From: Candidatus Eiseniibacteriota bacterium
GTDB lineage: Bacteria; Eisenbacteria; RBG-16-71-46; CAIMUX01; VGJL01
DNA: 64,000 bases
Direction of reading: 5' to 3'
Assembly (NCBI GenBank): GCA_041946735.1
Contig: JBHGAY010000015.1
Span: 32,001-96,000, forward strand
The notes beneath the pieces were generated by a model. That model was not told the DNA's origin and ran no database searches. It was given only the letters and a program-made list of their open reading frames with translations. Positions within the stretch are counted from its first letter, which is position 1. The number at the start of each line of letters is the position of its first letter. Positions 47,201 to 55,619 of this stretch are shown piece by piece. The position numbers and the translations under genes were made by a program.

Positions 47201-49047
47201 CGGACGTCCGCGCGCTCGCCCTCTCGCTGCGCGAGCGGCTCGACGAGCGTTTCCGGTCCTGGATCGAGTGGGGACGAACGAGCCCGACCGATCCGGAGAC
47301 CGGCAAGCCGATCGGCTGGGATCGCGTCCTCGGCTTCGACGAGCGAGTGGAACCCGAGGTGCGGGAGCGCCTCCGCGACGCGCTCGCCGAGACCACCCTT
47401 CTGCGCGAGTCGATCTTCCTGCTCGCGGACGGAACGCTCCTCTCCGGCGGCGATCTCCTTCCGGGGGGGATTTGGGTGAGCCACCTCGGAGCCGGCCACG
47501 GAAAGACGGTCGTCCGTCTCATCGTGTCGACGCGAGGCGGCCGGACGCACGAGTTCGTCGTCAAGATCCTGCGCGAGATCCGACCCGAGGAGGCGCGCGA
47601 GGAAGCGGACTGGCTGATCCGGCTCGGCTCGTTCGATCGAGCCGTCCGGCTCGTCGCCGATTTCGGAGGCTATTGGCCGGAGCGCGGGATCTGGTCCGAG
47701 GAGTACATCAGCGGCGAGACGGTGCGGAACAACCTCACGCGGATCGCGGCGCATCCTGACGAGGAGCGGCGGCAACGCCTGTCGAGCAGCTGGCCGCACG
47801 TCGCCTGGTCGGCCCTGGCGACGTTCGTCGAGTTCTGGCAGCGGACGGGGCGCAAGCTGATCCTTGCCGAGCCGACGCCGGAGAACATCGTCGTCGCCCC
47901 GCACGACTACCAGGAAGGCTCGCGCCTCGTCTCGATCACCTCCCGCCTGCCGTTCCAGGGGATCGCGTCGATGCTGCGCCGCCAGCACGAGACGTTCCTC
48001 GATCCGGTGCATGCGCAGTTCCCGGAGCTCGCCTCGGGGGCGCCGCGCCGCACGAGCTTTTCCGCCTTCCTGGAAGCGGTCGGGGAGACGACCGGCTTGG
48101 CGCTGCTCTGGCGCGCGCTTGGCGAGATGAAGGAGAAGCTGCTCGCCGGAGACCCGTCCTGGCAGCCCTGGTCGGACGATCTGCGTGCTTTCCTCGACGA
48201 GGTCGAGCAGGAGGGATTCGCGCCACGCCGCCTCGTGATGGCGGTGCGCCGCTACCATCTCTGGGCGGGGCTCAACGCCGGGGCGTCGCTCCAGGCGCGC
48301 GCGATGACCCTGCAGGAGGTCTACGAGACCTACGGCCTGCCGGAGCTGGAGAAGACCCGTCCGGAGATGCGCATCCGCTTCTTCCGCCGCACCGTTTTCG
48401 CTGGCGCGCGGGCTCCACTTGCTCGGGAGCTGGACGCATTGATCCGTGCGCACCGCGACACGCCGCTCAAGCTCGAGGCGCTTCTCCGCCGGATGGCGAT
48501 CCTCCATCGCTCCATCCAGCTCGACGACGAGGAGGCGTACTTCCTCGCCCGGATGACCTACGCGCACCTGGACGTGCTGCAGGACGCCCACCTGGAGCTG
48601 CTCGAGGAGGGCGGGGAGATCCGCGCGGAACTGGTCGAAGAGTTCCGCGACGAGACCGGCGACCTGCTACGAATAAGGCCGGCTGCCAGCCCGAAGGAGC
48701 TGATCCGCCTCCATCACCTCTTCGAGCAGTCGGGCCTCTCCGTCGTCTTCCGGCCGGAACACCGCTTCCTGGTTGCCGTCGACGAGCAGGATCTGACCGT
48801 CGGCGGGCTCTTCTACCGCCCGGCCGTCCCGGGCGTCGTCCACATGGAGAAGATCGTCGTGGGACCGCGGCGCCGGGGGAAGGGGCTGGGCGAGCGGCTC
48901 ATGCGCTCGTTCCTGCAACGGCTGCGGGACACGGGGCAGCGCCGTGTCACCACCGGATTCTTCCGGCCCCACTTCTTCTATCAGTTCGGCTTCCGCCTCG
49001 AGCGGGGCTTTGCCGGCCTGGTCAAGGACCTCGAGGAGGAGTCGTAG
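44284..49047 (+). CDS. Multidomain protein: long-chain acyl-CoA synthetase + helical region + kinase-like domain + GNAT
   Basis: YTSGTTGQPKG, GFGMTE, WFATGD, DRKKD; GAGHGKT..VVK..EEYISGET..EPTPENIVV; RRRGKGLG and FFYQFGF. Confidence 0.85.
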   Translation: MEKPPTPTVAHQVTDAARDLAHAFRDTASRNRTLEDTIPERVIAAVVETASAHARLPSGAEEAEVRSLLLDLLEAGRTPAFLRRIAGTPLADRWLEAVLGALDAAAISLGDLLQQRAARTPDRTWIRVPRANGWDDVTWGEAEERVAAIARGLREELPERPGAVHVAILAPNRLETILADVACLTHGIVDVPISSDSTPDQVRFILEQTAPPILLVSDRARLDAVLSAGPLPAVRTVLLMDEPEGDPPVEHWLLLREIEERGRSLGRLPLPRIAPRALATLLYTSGTTGQPKGIRFSQRNIVYKRFCRAVAIPEIGEDDTFLCYLPLFHTFGRWLEMTGTLFWGATYAMMENPSVETMLARMALARPTVFISIPKRWIQLHERIIQVAGGTMEEREEIPAARLDDATEAVTGGRLRWGLSAAGHLDTEVFLFFQKRGIELLSGFGMTEATGGITMTPPGQYRRGTVGKALPGIEVRRAEDGELLVRGPYLMLGYNDPDAGDRDYEADWFATGDIVREDEDGYYTIVDRKKDIYKNVKGQTIAPQRIENLFDEFEEVKRSFLVGDGREYNTLLLYPDYEAAGGKLKRMSAEDLREYLSSFVVSVNRFLAPYERVVAFDLLPRYFREDRGELTPKGTFVRKVVEKSFSELIESLYARPYVTVTTQGIDVRVPSWLLREKGLTPDSVSAEPGGIRLRPGGERLTIARIPGAPGRYRVGTFTYRMESEERAAAPLAAPLVDLDRILAIASLWAGNLELSRFVGEGRPRRPRTAQGGGPRISIEGWHRPTLLVDFARETLGRARAKGATGAALVHALAGALFATQGSDALDALASLRKLLQDPAAEEAALARAILPLLRTHPDAAVRSAALAILLPGEVDERAAETLASFLEVDADVFSPEVRARALEHEITPAALRSILRLGASLEVPAGQPWAAGPARRRIESILRFCVETAEQLPRWYAIVRQLLAGRSMQERDADVRALALSLRERLDERFRSWIEWGRTSPTDPETGKPIGWDRVLGFDERVEPEVRERLRDALAETTLLRESIFLLADGTLLSGGDLLPGGIWVSHLGAGHGKTVVRLIVSTRGGRTHEFVVKILREIRPEEAREEADWLIRLGSFDRAVRLVADFGGYWPERGIWSEEYISGETVRNNLTRIAAHPDEERRQRLSSSWPHVAWSALATFVEFWQRTGRKLILAEPTPENIVVAPHDYQEGSRLVSITSRLPFQGIASMLRRQHETFLDPVHAQFPELASGAPRRTSFSAFLEAVGETTGLALLWRALGEMKEKLLAGDPSWQPWSDDLRAFLDEVEQEGFAPRRLVMAVRRYHLWAGLNAGASLQARAMTLQEVYETYGLPELEKTRPEMRIRFFRRTVFAGARAPLARELDALIRAHRDTPLKLEALLRRMAILHRSIQLDDEEAYFLARMTYAHLDVLQDAHLELLEEGGEIRAELVEEFRDETGDLLRIRPAASPKELIRLHHLFEQSGLSVVFRPEHRFLVAVDEQDLTVGGLFYRPAVPGVVHMEKIVVGPRRRGKGLGERLMRSFLQRLRDTGQRRVTTGFFRPHFFYQFGFRLERGFAGLVKDLEEES

Positions 49048-49110
49048 CCGACGCGACGCTGGGCGGCACGGCGCGCCGCTGGGGCAGCGCCGTGCAATGT
49101 ATGCCTGCAC

Positions 49111-49162
49111 AAGGGCGGCGGGATCGCGCCCGAGGCCTCGCCCTCGGGACCGGCGCGCGCCT
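49111..49162 (+). repeat. 52-bp element, exact reverse complement of 54309-54360
   Basis: aagggcggcgggatcgcgcccgaggcctcgccctcgggaccggcgcgcgcct. Confidence 0.9.
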
Positions 49163-50318
49163 ACGTCAGGAACATTGGGAGGCCGAGGACGCTCGACATC
49201 CGCGGCCGGTAGGCTTGGACGTCGTAGTAGGCGCCGACGTCGACCTTCCTTTTGCCGGATACGGCGGTCGCGACCGGCACGACCGTGTAGCAGCCGCGCT
49301 GGAGGGCGACCATCTCCCCGCGGTGTCCGTCGCGCAGGCGGTCGTAAGCTAGATTGCCGAAGTTCGTGCCTACGAGGCGGTCGGTCGAGTCGGGCGGGCC
49401 GGAGCGCATCAAGTAGGCGAGCCGCTGCACGAGGGTCTGCCGCCCCGTGATCCTCTCGATCTCCGCTCCGACGAGGTCACCGATGCCGCCCAGCTTGCGG
49501 TGCCCGTACGCATCGGGCTCGCCGCTCAGGACGCGGTCGCCTCCCTCGATCGTCGCGCCCTCGCTGATCACGAGGATCGCGTAGTGGCTCGGGTTCGCAT
49601 CCTGGTCCTGCGCGAGCAATCCCGCGAGGCGGCCGATGTCGCACGGGACCTCAGAGATGACCGTCCTGTCCGCGCTTCCGAGGTAGCCGGTGAAGAGCGC
49701 AGTCTCGCCGCAATAGCGGCCGAACAGCTCGATCACCGCGATGCGCTCGTGGGAACCGGCGGGCGTGCGCAGGGAGATCAGGAAGTCGACGCTGCGCGTC
49801 ACGGCCGTCGAGAAGCCGATGCAGTAGTCCGTGCCCGGGACGTCGTTGTCCATCGTCTTCGGGATCGCGAGGACGGGAAATCCTTCCTTGTCGAGCCGGA
49901 CCGCGTAGGAAAGGGTGTCGTCCCCGCCGATCGCCACGATCGCGTCGAGGCGAAGAGTCTCGAGGACGCGCAGGACGTGCGGAGTGAGGTCGACCTTCGC
50001 GTCGCCGCCGGCGCCGCCCGTGATCATCGAGCGGAGATGCGCCGGCACCTCGCTTCGCTTGACGGCGGCGGGGTTCGTGCGGGAAGTGTGCAGGAAGGTG
50101 CCGCCATGGCGATCGACGGTGCGCACGCGCTCGCGGGTCAAGGGGATCACGGAGGTGCCGTTGGGCTTCTCCGGGTCGATCTCGAGCAGGCCGCCCCATC
50201 CCCGTCGGATCCCGAGCATCTCGTGGCCGTCGTCGACTGCCCGGAGCGTGAACGCGCGAATGGCGGAGTTGAGCCCCGGAACGTCCCCTCCACCCGTCAA
50301 GATCCCGATCCTCTTCAT
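49161..50318 (-). CDS. pfkA: Phosphofructokinase (PfkA family, PPi-type signature)
   Basis: IGILTGGGDVPGLN, GGTFLHTSR, GGDDT, PKTMDND, GFSTA. Confidence 0.9.
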   Translation of the reverse strand: MKRIGILTGGGDVPGLNSAIRAFTLRAVDDGHEMLGIRRGWGGLLEIDPEKPNGTSVIPLTRERVRTVDRHGGTFLHTSRTNPAAVKRSEVPAHLRSMITGGAGGDAKVDLTPHVLRVLETLRLDAIVAIGGDDTLSYAVRLDKEGFPVLAIPKTMDNDVPGTDYCIGFSTAVTRSVDFLISLRTPAGSHERIAVIELFGRYCGETALFTGYLGSADRTVISEVPCDIGRLAGLLAQDQDANPSHYAILVISEGATIEGGDRVLSGEPDAYGHRKLGGIGDLVGAEIERITGRQTLVQRLAYLMRSGPPDSTDRLVGTNFGNLAYDRLRDGHRGEMVALQRGCYTVVPVATAVSGKRKVDVGAYYDVQAYRPRMSSVLGLPMFLT

Positions 50319-50418
50319 CCCGAAGCTTCCTCCCTGCGCGATCGCCCTCGCGACCGCCGGCCCGTTCTGTCGGTCTCCTTGCCGTGCTCGTGCTGTCTCG
50401 TGCTCGTCCTGCGCCGTT

Positions 50419-51369
50419 TCAGGCCGGCGCCGGCGAGCCGGCCGCCTCGATGACTTCGAGGCCCGGCGCGTCCGTCGCGGAGAGGCGCGCAATCGCGCCA
50501 ACCGGCAGCGGATGAAAACTCGGCTCGTGCCCGTACGCCAGACCGGCAACCGCCGGAACGCCGATCCGCTTGGCGTGATCGAGCAGGACGTCCCGCACCA
50601 CGCTCGCCGGCAGCGTCTCGCCTCGCGGCCGGCAGTCGGTGAACTGCCCGAAGACGAGCCCGGCGACGCCGCCCAGCGCGCCGGAGAGGCGGAGCTGCGT
50701 GAGCATCCGGTCGATCCTCTGCGGCGTCTCGTCGATCTCTTCGAGGACGAGAATCGTCCCGGCCAGCGATGGAAGATAGCCGGTCCCGACCATCGAGACG
50801 AGAAGCGAGAGATTCACGGGGAGCAGCGGCCCGCGGGCTTCTCCGGGGATCCACGCCTCCAACTGATCCGCGGCGATCGACCCGATCGGCGTCGTGCCGC
50901 AGAGGAGCCGCCGCGTCTCCTCCATCACCGGTTCCGGCGGGTCCTCGACGCCGCCAAGATCGGTCGCGACCATCGGCCCCGAGACGCCCACCCACGCGTA
51001 CCTTCCCCAAAACCGGAGATGGAGGGCCGTGATGTCGCTGCGCCCGACGAGCCATACCGGGGGAAGGCGATCCGGGAGCGAGTCGAGATAGGGAAGCAGG
51101 CGAAGCGCCCCCACGCCCCCGCGGCCAGCGAAGATCGCGCCGATCGAGCGGTCGCACAGGAGTTGGTGCAGCTCGCCCGCTCGCTCCTCATCCGTCCCTG
51201 CCCAGATGCCCGCGCCAGCCCTGCAGGACTCTCCCACGGCGATCTCCCATCCCATGGCGCGAAGCCGCGCGACGCCGCGCTCGAGCCGCACGGGATCCGG
51301 GGGACTCGAAGGGCATGTGACAGCGACGCGTGTTCCGGGAAGGAGGATCGGCGGGCGCTGGCTTCGCAT
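50419..51369 (-). CDS. ldcA: LD-carboxypeptidase (S66 family)
   Basis: GTDEERAGEL, RGGVGALRLL, GRSDITAL, LEEIDE..IDRMLTQL, YGH. Confidence 0.88.
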   Translation of the reverse strand: MRSQRPPILLPGTRVAVTCPSSPPDPVRLERGVARLRAMGWEIAVGESCRAGAGIWAGTDEERAGELHQLLCDRSIGAIFAGRGGVGALRLLPYLDSLPDRLPPVWLVGRSDITALHLRFWGRYAWVGVSGPMVATDLGGVEDPPEPVMEETRRLLCGTTPIGSIAADQLEAWIPGEARGPLLPVNLSLLVSMVGTGYLPSLAGTILVLEEIDETPQRIDRMLTQLRLSGALGGVAGLVFGQFTDCRPRGETLPASVVRDVLLDHAKRIGVPAVAGLAYGHEPSFHPLPVGAIARLSATDAPGLEVIEAAGSPAPA

Positions 51370-51567
51370 GGCCGCAGGGTAGCACCGGGCTTACCCGCAC
51401 GCGAGATCGCTACGTGCAATTCGCCGCAGGCGGCACGATGAACGTCATGAAACAGACCGGCGGGAGCCGGCAGCGTACCATGGCATCAATAGGGTGGATC
51501 TGAAGAGGGGCTGCAAGCCGGGAGCGACCGCCTCCCCCCGACGTCGTGGATCGCCGAGCCCGGTTTC

Positions 51568-51583
51568 AGGCATGAGCCTTGCT
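51568..51583 (+). promoter_or_regulatory. Sigma54 promoter upstream of the glycine-zipper lipoprotein gene
   Basis: AGGCATG-AGCC-TTGCT, close to TGGCACG-N4-TTGCW, ~48 nt before the ATG. Confidence 0.65.
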
Positions 51584-51631
51584 CATCCTCGTTCCGATGC
51601 TCAGGCGACGGGACGAAAGGAGATAAGGACA

Positions 51632-52459
51632 ATGAGAGCGTCTTGGAAAGCCTCTTGGATGCTGATTCTTTCTCTCGCGTTCTTGGTGCCGCTGCTCGGC
51701 GCCTGCAACAAGAACCGCAACGATCAGGAGAACGGAGCGGCCGCGCGCGACACGCTCGAGGCTCCCAGCCAGGCGGCCAACGAGTCCACGACCCCGGGCG
51801 AGGCGGCCCCGCCTGTGGCGACGCCGCCTTCCGGTACCCGGACGAGCCACCCCCGAGAGCGGGCTCCGCGCACAGAGGATCGTACGACCGGCGGGGAGCG
51901 GACGTCTGAGTACACGACCCGGACGTTCACCGTCCCAGCCGGGACGGGCATCGTAGCCTCGCTCCAGCAGAACCTCTCGACGGAGAACGACCGAGAGGGG
52001 AGCAGCTTCTCGGCGGTGACGCGTGAATCGATCTCCGAGAACGGGGTCGTCCTCGTCCCGGCCGGCTCGACCGTGCGGGGCGTCGTGACGCGCTCGCAGC
52101 GCGCCCCGAAGGTCGGCGGGCGGGCGGCCATGAACCTCGACTTCCGTGAGTTCGTGACGCCCGACGGACGGTCCTTCCCGATCGACGCGACGACCCTGAA
52201 GCTTCAGGGCGAGCCGGGCGTTCGCAGCGACCTCGAGAAGGTGATCGGCGGCGCCGTCGGCGGCGGCATCATCGGCGGTGTGCTCGGCGGCAAGAAGGGC
52301 GCGGCGAAGGGCGCGGCGGGCGGCGCCGCGGCCGGCGGCATCTGGGCCGTCACGACCCGCGGCAAGGACATCGTCCTCGAGCAGGGGACCGACGTGCAGG
52401 TCACGCTCGCCAGCTCGCTCAGCGTCCCGATCCGCATGAGGACCGACCAGCTCCCGTAA
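51632..52459 (+). CDS. Lipoprotein with TrbI/VirB10-like beta domain and glycine zipper
   Basis: LGAC lipobox; VPAGT, VPAGSTVRGVV, IGGAVGGGIIGGVLGGKKGA. Confidence 0.8.
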   Translation: MRASWKASWMLILSLAFLVPLLGACNKNRNDQENGAAARDTLEAPSQAANESTTPGEAAPPVATPPSGTRTSHPRERAPRTEDRTTGGERTSEYTTRTFTVPAGTGIVASLQQNLSTENDREGSSFSAVTRESISENGVVLVPAGSTVRGVVTRSQRAPKVGGRAAMNLDFREFVTPDGRSFPIDATTLKLQGEPGVRSDLEKVIGGAVGGGIIGGVLGGKKGAAKGAAGGAAAGGIWAVTTRGKDIVLEQGTDVQVTLASSLSVPIRMRTDQLP

Positions 52460-52550
52460 CACGACCGTCGATCGGCGCACGACACGATGCGGGGCCTCCC
52501 CGCCCATCCCCTCGTTGGGACGGACGAGGCGGCCCCGATCTTCTTTGTCC

Positions 52551-53267
52551 TCAGAAGTAGAGGCTGACGCCGAAGAGGACGCCGCTGTCGTCGAGCGTCC
52601 AGGCGTGCGATTCCCCGTGCTCCACGCTGGTTCGTGGCGGGGCGTACTGGATCTCCTTCGTCGACTCCGACTTGCCCCATTGGTATCCCGCGGTCAGTCC
52701 ATACTCCGCATGGAGTGAAAGCTCGCGGGTCGCGAACCACTCCACGCCAGCCAAGAGGGTCAGGCCGACCTCGAAGCTTTTCGAGATGCCATCCTCCGAT
52801 GCCGGATAGCCGATATTGGTCCAAGCAGTCTTCTGGTGCGACCGGCTGTACTCGAAGGTCGGTCCCGCCCCGAGGAAGAGGGCCGTGCGGGGGGTTGGCG
52901 AAGCGTAATGGAGGTACTGGGCGATGAGATGCAGGCCAAACAGGTTCTCCTCCAGATCATCCTTCCTCACCTCTCGAAGGGTGTCTGCCTCGCTGATCTC
53001 CTCGGACGAGTTGCGATCCCGGTCGCTGAGCGCCAGCCCGATCCCGAGCCGGATCGCGCGCGACGGGGAGAGATGCCGCTTGTAGGAGAGCAACGAGCCC
53101 TGGAAAGACTGGAGCTGAAAGTCGGGCGCGACCTGGAACTGCATCGCCTGCGCTCCGGCGGCCAGGGCCGTCCTCGCGTTGTCCGCAGGGACGGTCTGGC
53201 CGGCGGCGCTTCCCGCGGCGAGCAAGGTCGCGAAGGCGGCGATGAGGGCGATCAGACGTCGAGACAT
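52551..53267 (-). CDS. Outer-membrane beta-barrel protein
   Basis: Signal peptide; LAGVEWF, LHAEYG; C-terminal FGVSLYF beta-signal; AAAGGAG RBS. Confidence 0.82.
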   Translation of the reverse strand: MSRRLIALIAAFATLLAAGSAAGQTVPADNARTALAAGAQAMQFQVAPDFQLQSFQGSLLSYKRHLSPSRAIRLGIGLALSDRDRNSSEEISEADTLREVRKDDLEENLFGLHLIAQYLHYASPTPRTALFLGAGPTFEYSRSHQKTAWTNIGYPASEDGISKSFEVGLTLLAGVEWFATRELSLHAEYGLTAGYQWGKSESTKEIQYAPPRTSVEHGESHAWTLDDSGVLFGVSLYF

Positions 53268-53314
53268 GCGGCCGGGCTCCTTTCTCGTGTTCTGCTTCCG
53301 GTAAGGCTCGGATC

Positions 53315-53850
53315 TCAGAGGTACAGGCTCAGGCCGAAGAGGGCGCTTCTCTCGCTGACGCTCCACCGATGGCCCGATACACGGTAGACGTCGTTCCTTT
53401 CTATGCAGTCGCAAATCACCGATTCCCGCTCATGCCAGTCGTATCCCGCGACCAGCCCGCACTCCGCGTGGGTCGAGGGGTCGGGGAGCAGCCGCCATTC
53501 CACACCCGCCAGGATCTCGAGACCGGCGAAATCGGATTCGTCGTCGACGAAGGGCGCGCCGGTGCCCGATTCCGTCCGCCTTCGGTAATCGAACCTGGGG
53601 CCGGCGCCGAAGAAGAAGCTCGTCGGCGAGACGGGGGCGCAGTAGTGCACGAACTGGGCGAAGGCGGTGACGAACGTCCTGGTGCTCCATGGAACGGGGA
53701 GAGCTGGAAGCTCGGCGCGATCTGGAACTGAAGCGCTTGGGATCCGCCCGTCAGCGATGCGGGCGCTCCGGATGCCTCGGTTGGACCCGCGATCCATGCA
53801 AGGCCGATGGCGGCGAGAATGGTCGCGCACGCGCGGGAAGACGGGAACAT
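53315..53850 (-). pseudogene. Frameshifted, internally deleted paralog of the adjacent beta-barrel gene
   Basis: N-part QALQFQIAPSFQLSPFHG (frame of ORF 53416-53850) and C-part FFFGAGPRFDY..LAGVEW..HAECG..LFGLSLYL (frame of ORF 53315-53989) both match 52551-53267. Confidence 0.8.
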
Positions 53851-54074
53851 GCGACCGGGCCCCTCTTTCCGGATTGCGGATGTCTTCGATGTCGCGAAGA
53901 TCGATAAGACGGCGGGATTCTACACCGGCTGCGCGGGGAGGGTCCACGGGGAATCGCATTGTCTCGCCATTGGGCGTGAGCAGCGTCAAGGGAATGTGTC
54001 AGTAAGGCCCCGTCCTTGGAGGAGAGTATTCCAGCGCTGCGCGAGCCGCGCGGGCACCGTGTAGCTGATCCCGA

Positions 54075-54369
54075 CGGCAAACGTTCGCGCGAGCGAGGAC
54101 CGCGCGCCGCTCGGCGTTCCGTCACTCGGACGGCGCGCGGCCCAATTAGATATGGGGGGGCGTCTCCGGATCTACGCGCGGCGGGGAGCGCCCCCGCGAG
54201 GCCTCGCCCCAAGGGACGTGCTCGCCGCGCGGGAACTACGTTCTGGTTGCGGGAGCGGTCCTTCGCGCGAGCGAGCCCGAGGCGCGCGCCGGGTGGTCCG
54301 TCTTTCTCAGGCGCGCGCCGGTCCCGAGGGCGAGGCCTCGGGCGCGATCCCGCCGCCCTTCGTTTGCCG
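54075..54369. other. Candidate structured non-coding element (ncRNA or MITE/REP-like)
   Basis: Terminal CGGCAAACG/CGTTTGCCG enclosing several hairpins, duplicated TTCGCGCGAGCGAG, and the 52-bp repeat. Confidence 0.45.
54309..54360 (-). repeat. 52-bp element, inverted copy of 49111-49162
   Basis: aggcgcgcgccggtcccgagggcgaggcctcgggcgcgatcccgccgccctt. Confidence 0.9.
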
Positions 54370-54384
54370 CGCCCTGCTAGCCCT

Positions 54385-54426
54385 CCGGCACGGCATCCCT
54401 CCGGCACGGCTCCGTTCCGGCACGGC
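54385..54426. repeat. CCGGCACGGC x3 with 16-bp period
   Basis: Copies at 54385, 54401 and 54417. Confidence 0.75.
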
Positions 54427-54491
54427 GCTCTCACTCAATCGGTGTTCAGGAGGGAGCTGCCAGCGGCACGGCGTTGCGCGGGTCGGCTCAG

Positions 54492-55619
54492 CTACGACCT
54501 ACCCGCCGCCACCTCCGCCGTCTCGATCCCCCTCTGCGCGTATTCCTGGAAGAGCTGTCCCCAGGAGGTGCCCTCCAGCCACTTCTCGAAGCAGCGGCGG
54601 TCGCGGGCCGGCCAGCGGTAGTAGTCGTGATACACCTCGCTCCCCATGATGAAGACGTTGACGAGCGGGGTGCGGAAGAAGAAGTTCTGGAACTTCTTCA
54701 GCGGGCTGAACCAGAGCAGGTCGCCGACGCGACTCGCGCCGTTGTCGCCCACGCGGAAGCCCCACGACTCGGACCTCGCGTCGTCGCCCACGAACTCGAT
54801 GTCGCGCGGATCTCCGCAGCCGAGCCCGGCGTCGTGCGCGAGGCGGATGTAGCGGATCGAGAGCGGATCGAAGCCCATCATCTTCGCCGCGACCGCATCG
54901 ATCGCGACCTGGTCGGCCGAGGCGAGCATCCAGTTCTTCACCTCGGGGAACATCGTGCGCGGGCCCGGGCCGTTGCCGGCCGTCGTCCCGTCCATCACGG
55001 CGAAGATGCCGCTATGAATCTCCTTCTGGATCGCGAGGAGGTCGACGAGCGTCTCATGGATCCAGGAGTGCGTGTAGTGCCGCTTCGTGTTCAACAAACC
55101 GCCGAACGCGTTCTTCATCGCTCCGGTGGTCGTCGTATAGATGTGGCACTTCATCGTCGGCAGATGCACGATGTTCTTGCCGAAAAAATAGTCCGGGACG
55201 GTGATCCCTTCGGGGTAAATGTCGTCGAGCACGAGCATCTTCGCCTTCGGGCGATAGACGACCCACTTCATGTCCTCGTCCCTGAAGTTGTAGAGGACCG
55301 GGATCCCGTACTCACGGAAGAGGGGCAGATAGTGGTTGAGGTCCTCCCCCTTGAAGGCGTTCGTCACGACCGTCTTGTTCTGCACGCAGACCTGGTCGCG
55401 GAAGCCTGCCGAGCGCAGGGCGCGAATCGTCCCTTCGAGCTGCCAGGGCGTGGTATTCGCGCCGGGGAAGGGGAAGTGCCAGGAGATATTGTCCTTGAGG
55501 ATCGTCCTCGCCGACGGATCCAGCGCCTGCCGGACGCCTGCGAGGTCGGCGAGGCGACCGATATCCTCGAGGATCGAGACCGGCCGGACCCGCAGCGCGG
55601 CTACTTTCGACTTTGCCAT
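54492..55619 (-). CDS. DUF362 domain protein
   Basis: ILKDNISW, PTMKCH..TTTTGAMKNAFG, VMDGT..GNGP, DQVAIDAV. Confidence 0.85.
   Translation of the reverse strand: MAKSKVAALRVRPVSILEDIGRLADLAGVRQALDPSARTILKDNISWHFPFPGANTTPWQLEGTIRALRSAGFRDQVCVQNKTVVTNAFKGEDLNHYLPLFREYGIPVLYNFRDEDMKWVVYRPKAKMLVLDDIYPEGITVPDYFFGKNIVHLPTMKCHIYTTTTGAMKNAFGGLLNTKRHYTHSWIHETLVDLLAIQKEIHSGIFAVMDGTTAGNGPGPRTMFPEVKNWMLASADQVAIDAVAAKMMGFDPLSIRYIRLAHDAGLGCGDPRDIEFVGDDARSESWGFRVGDNGASRVGDLLWFSPLKKFQNFFFRTPLVNVFIMGSEVYHDYYRWPARDRRCFEKWLEGTSWGQLFQEYAQRGIETAEVAAGRS

Noticed and set aside
54075..54160. c-di-GMP-I riboswitch resemblance (GGCAAAC, GNRA hairpin)
   Set aside because: Lacks the GCAAAG junction and a proper second stem; no downstream gene on that strand
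54154..54180. tmRNA-like 5' end (GGGGGCG..GGATCTAC)
   Set aside because: No matching T-arm/CCA 3' end at a suitable distance
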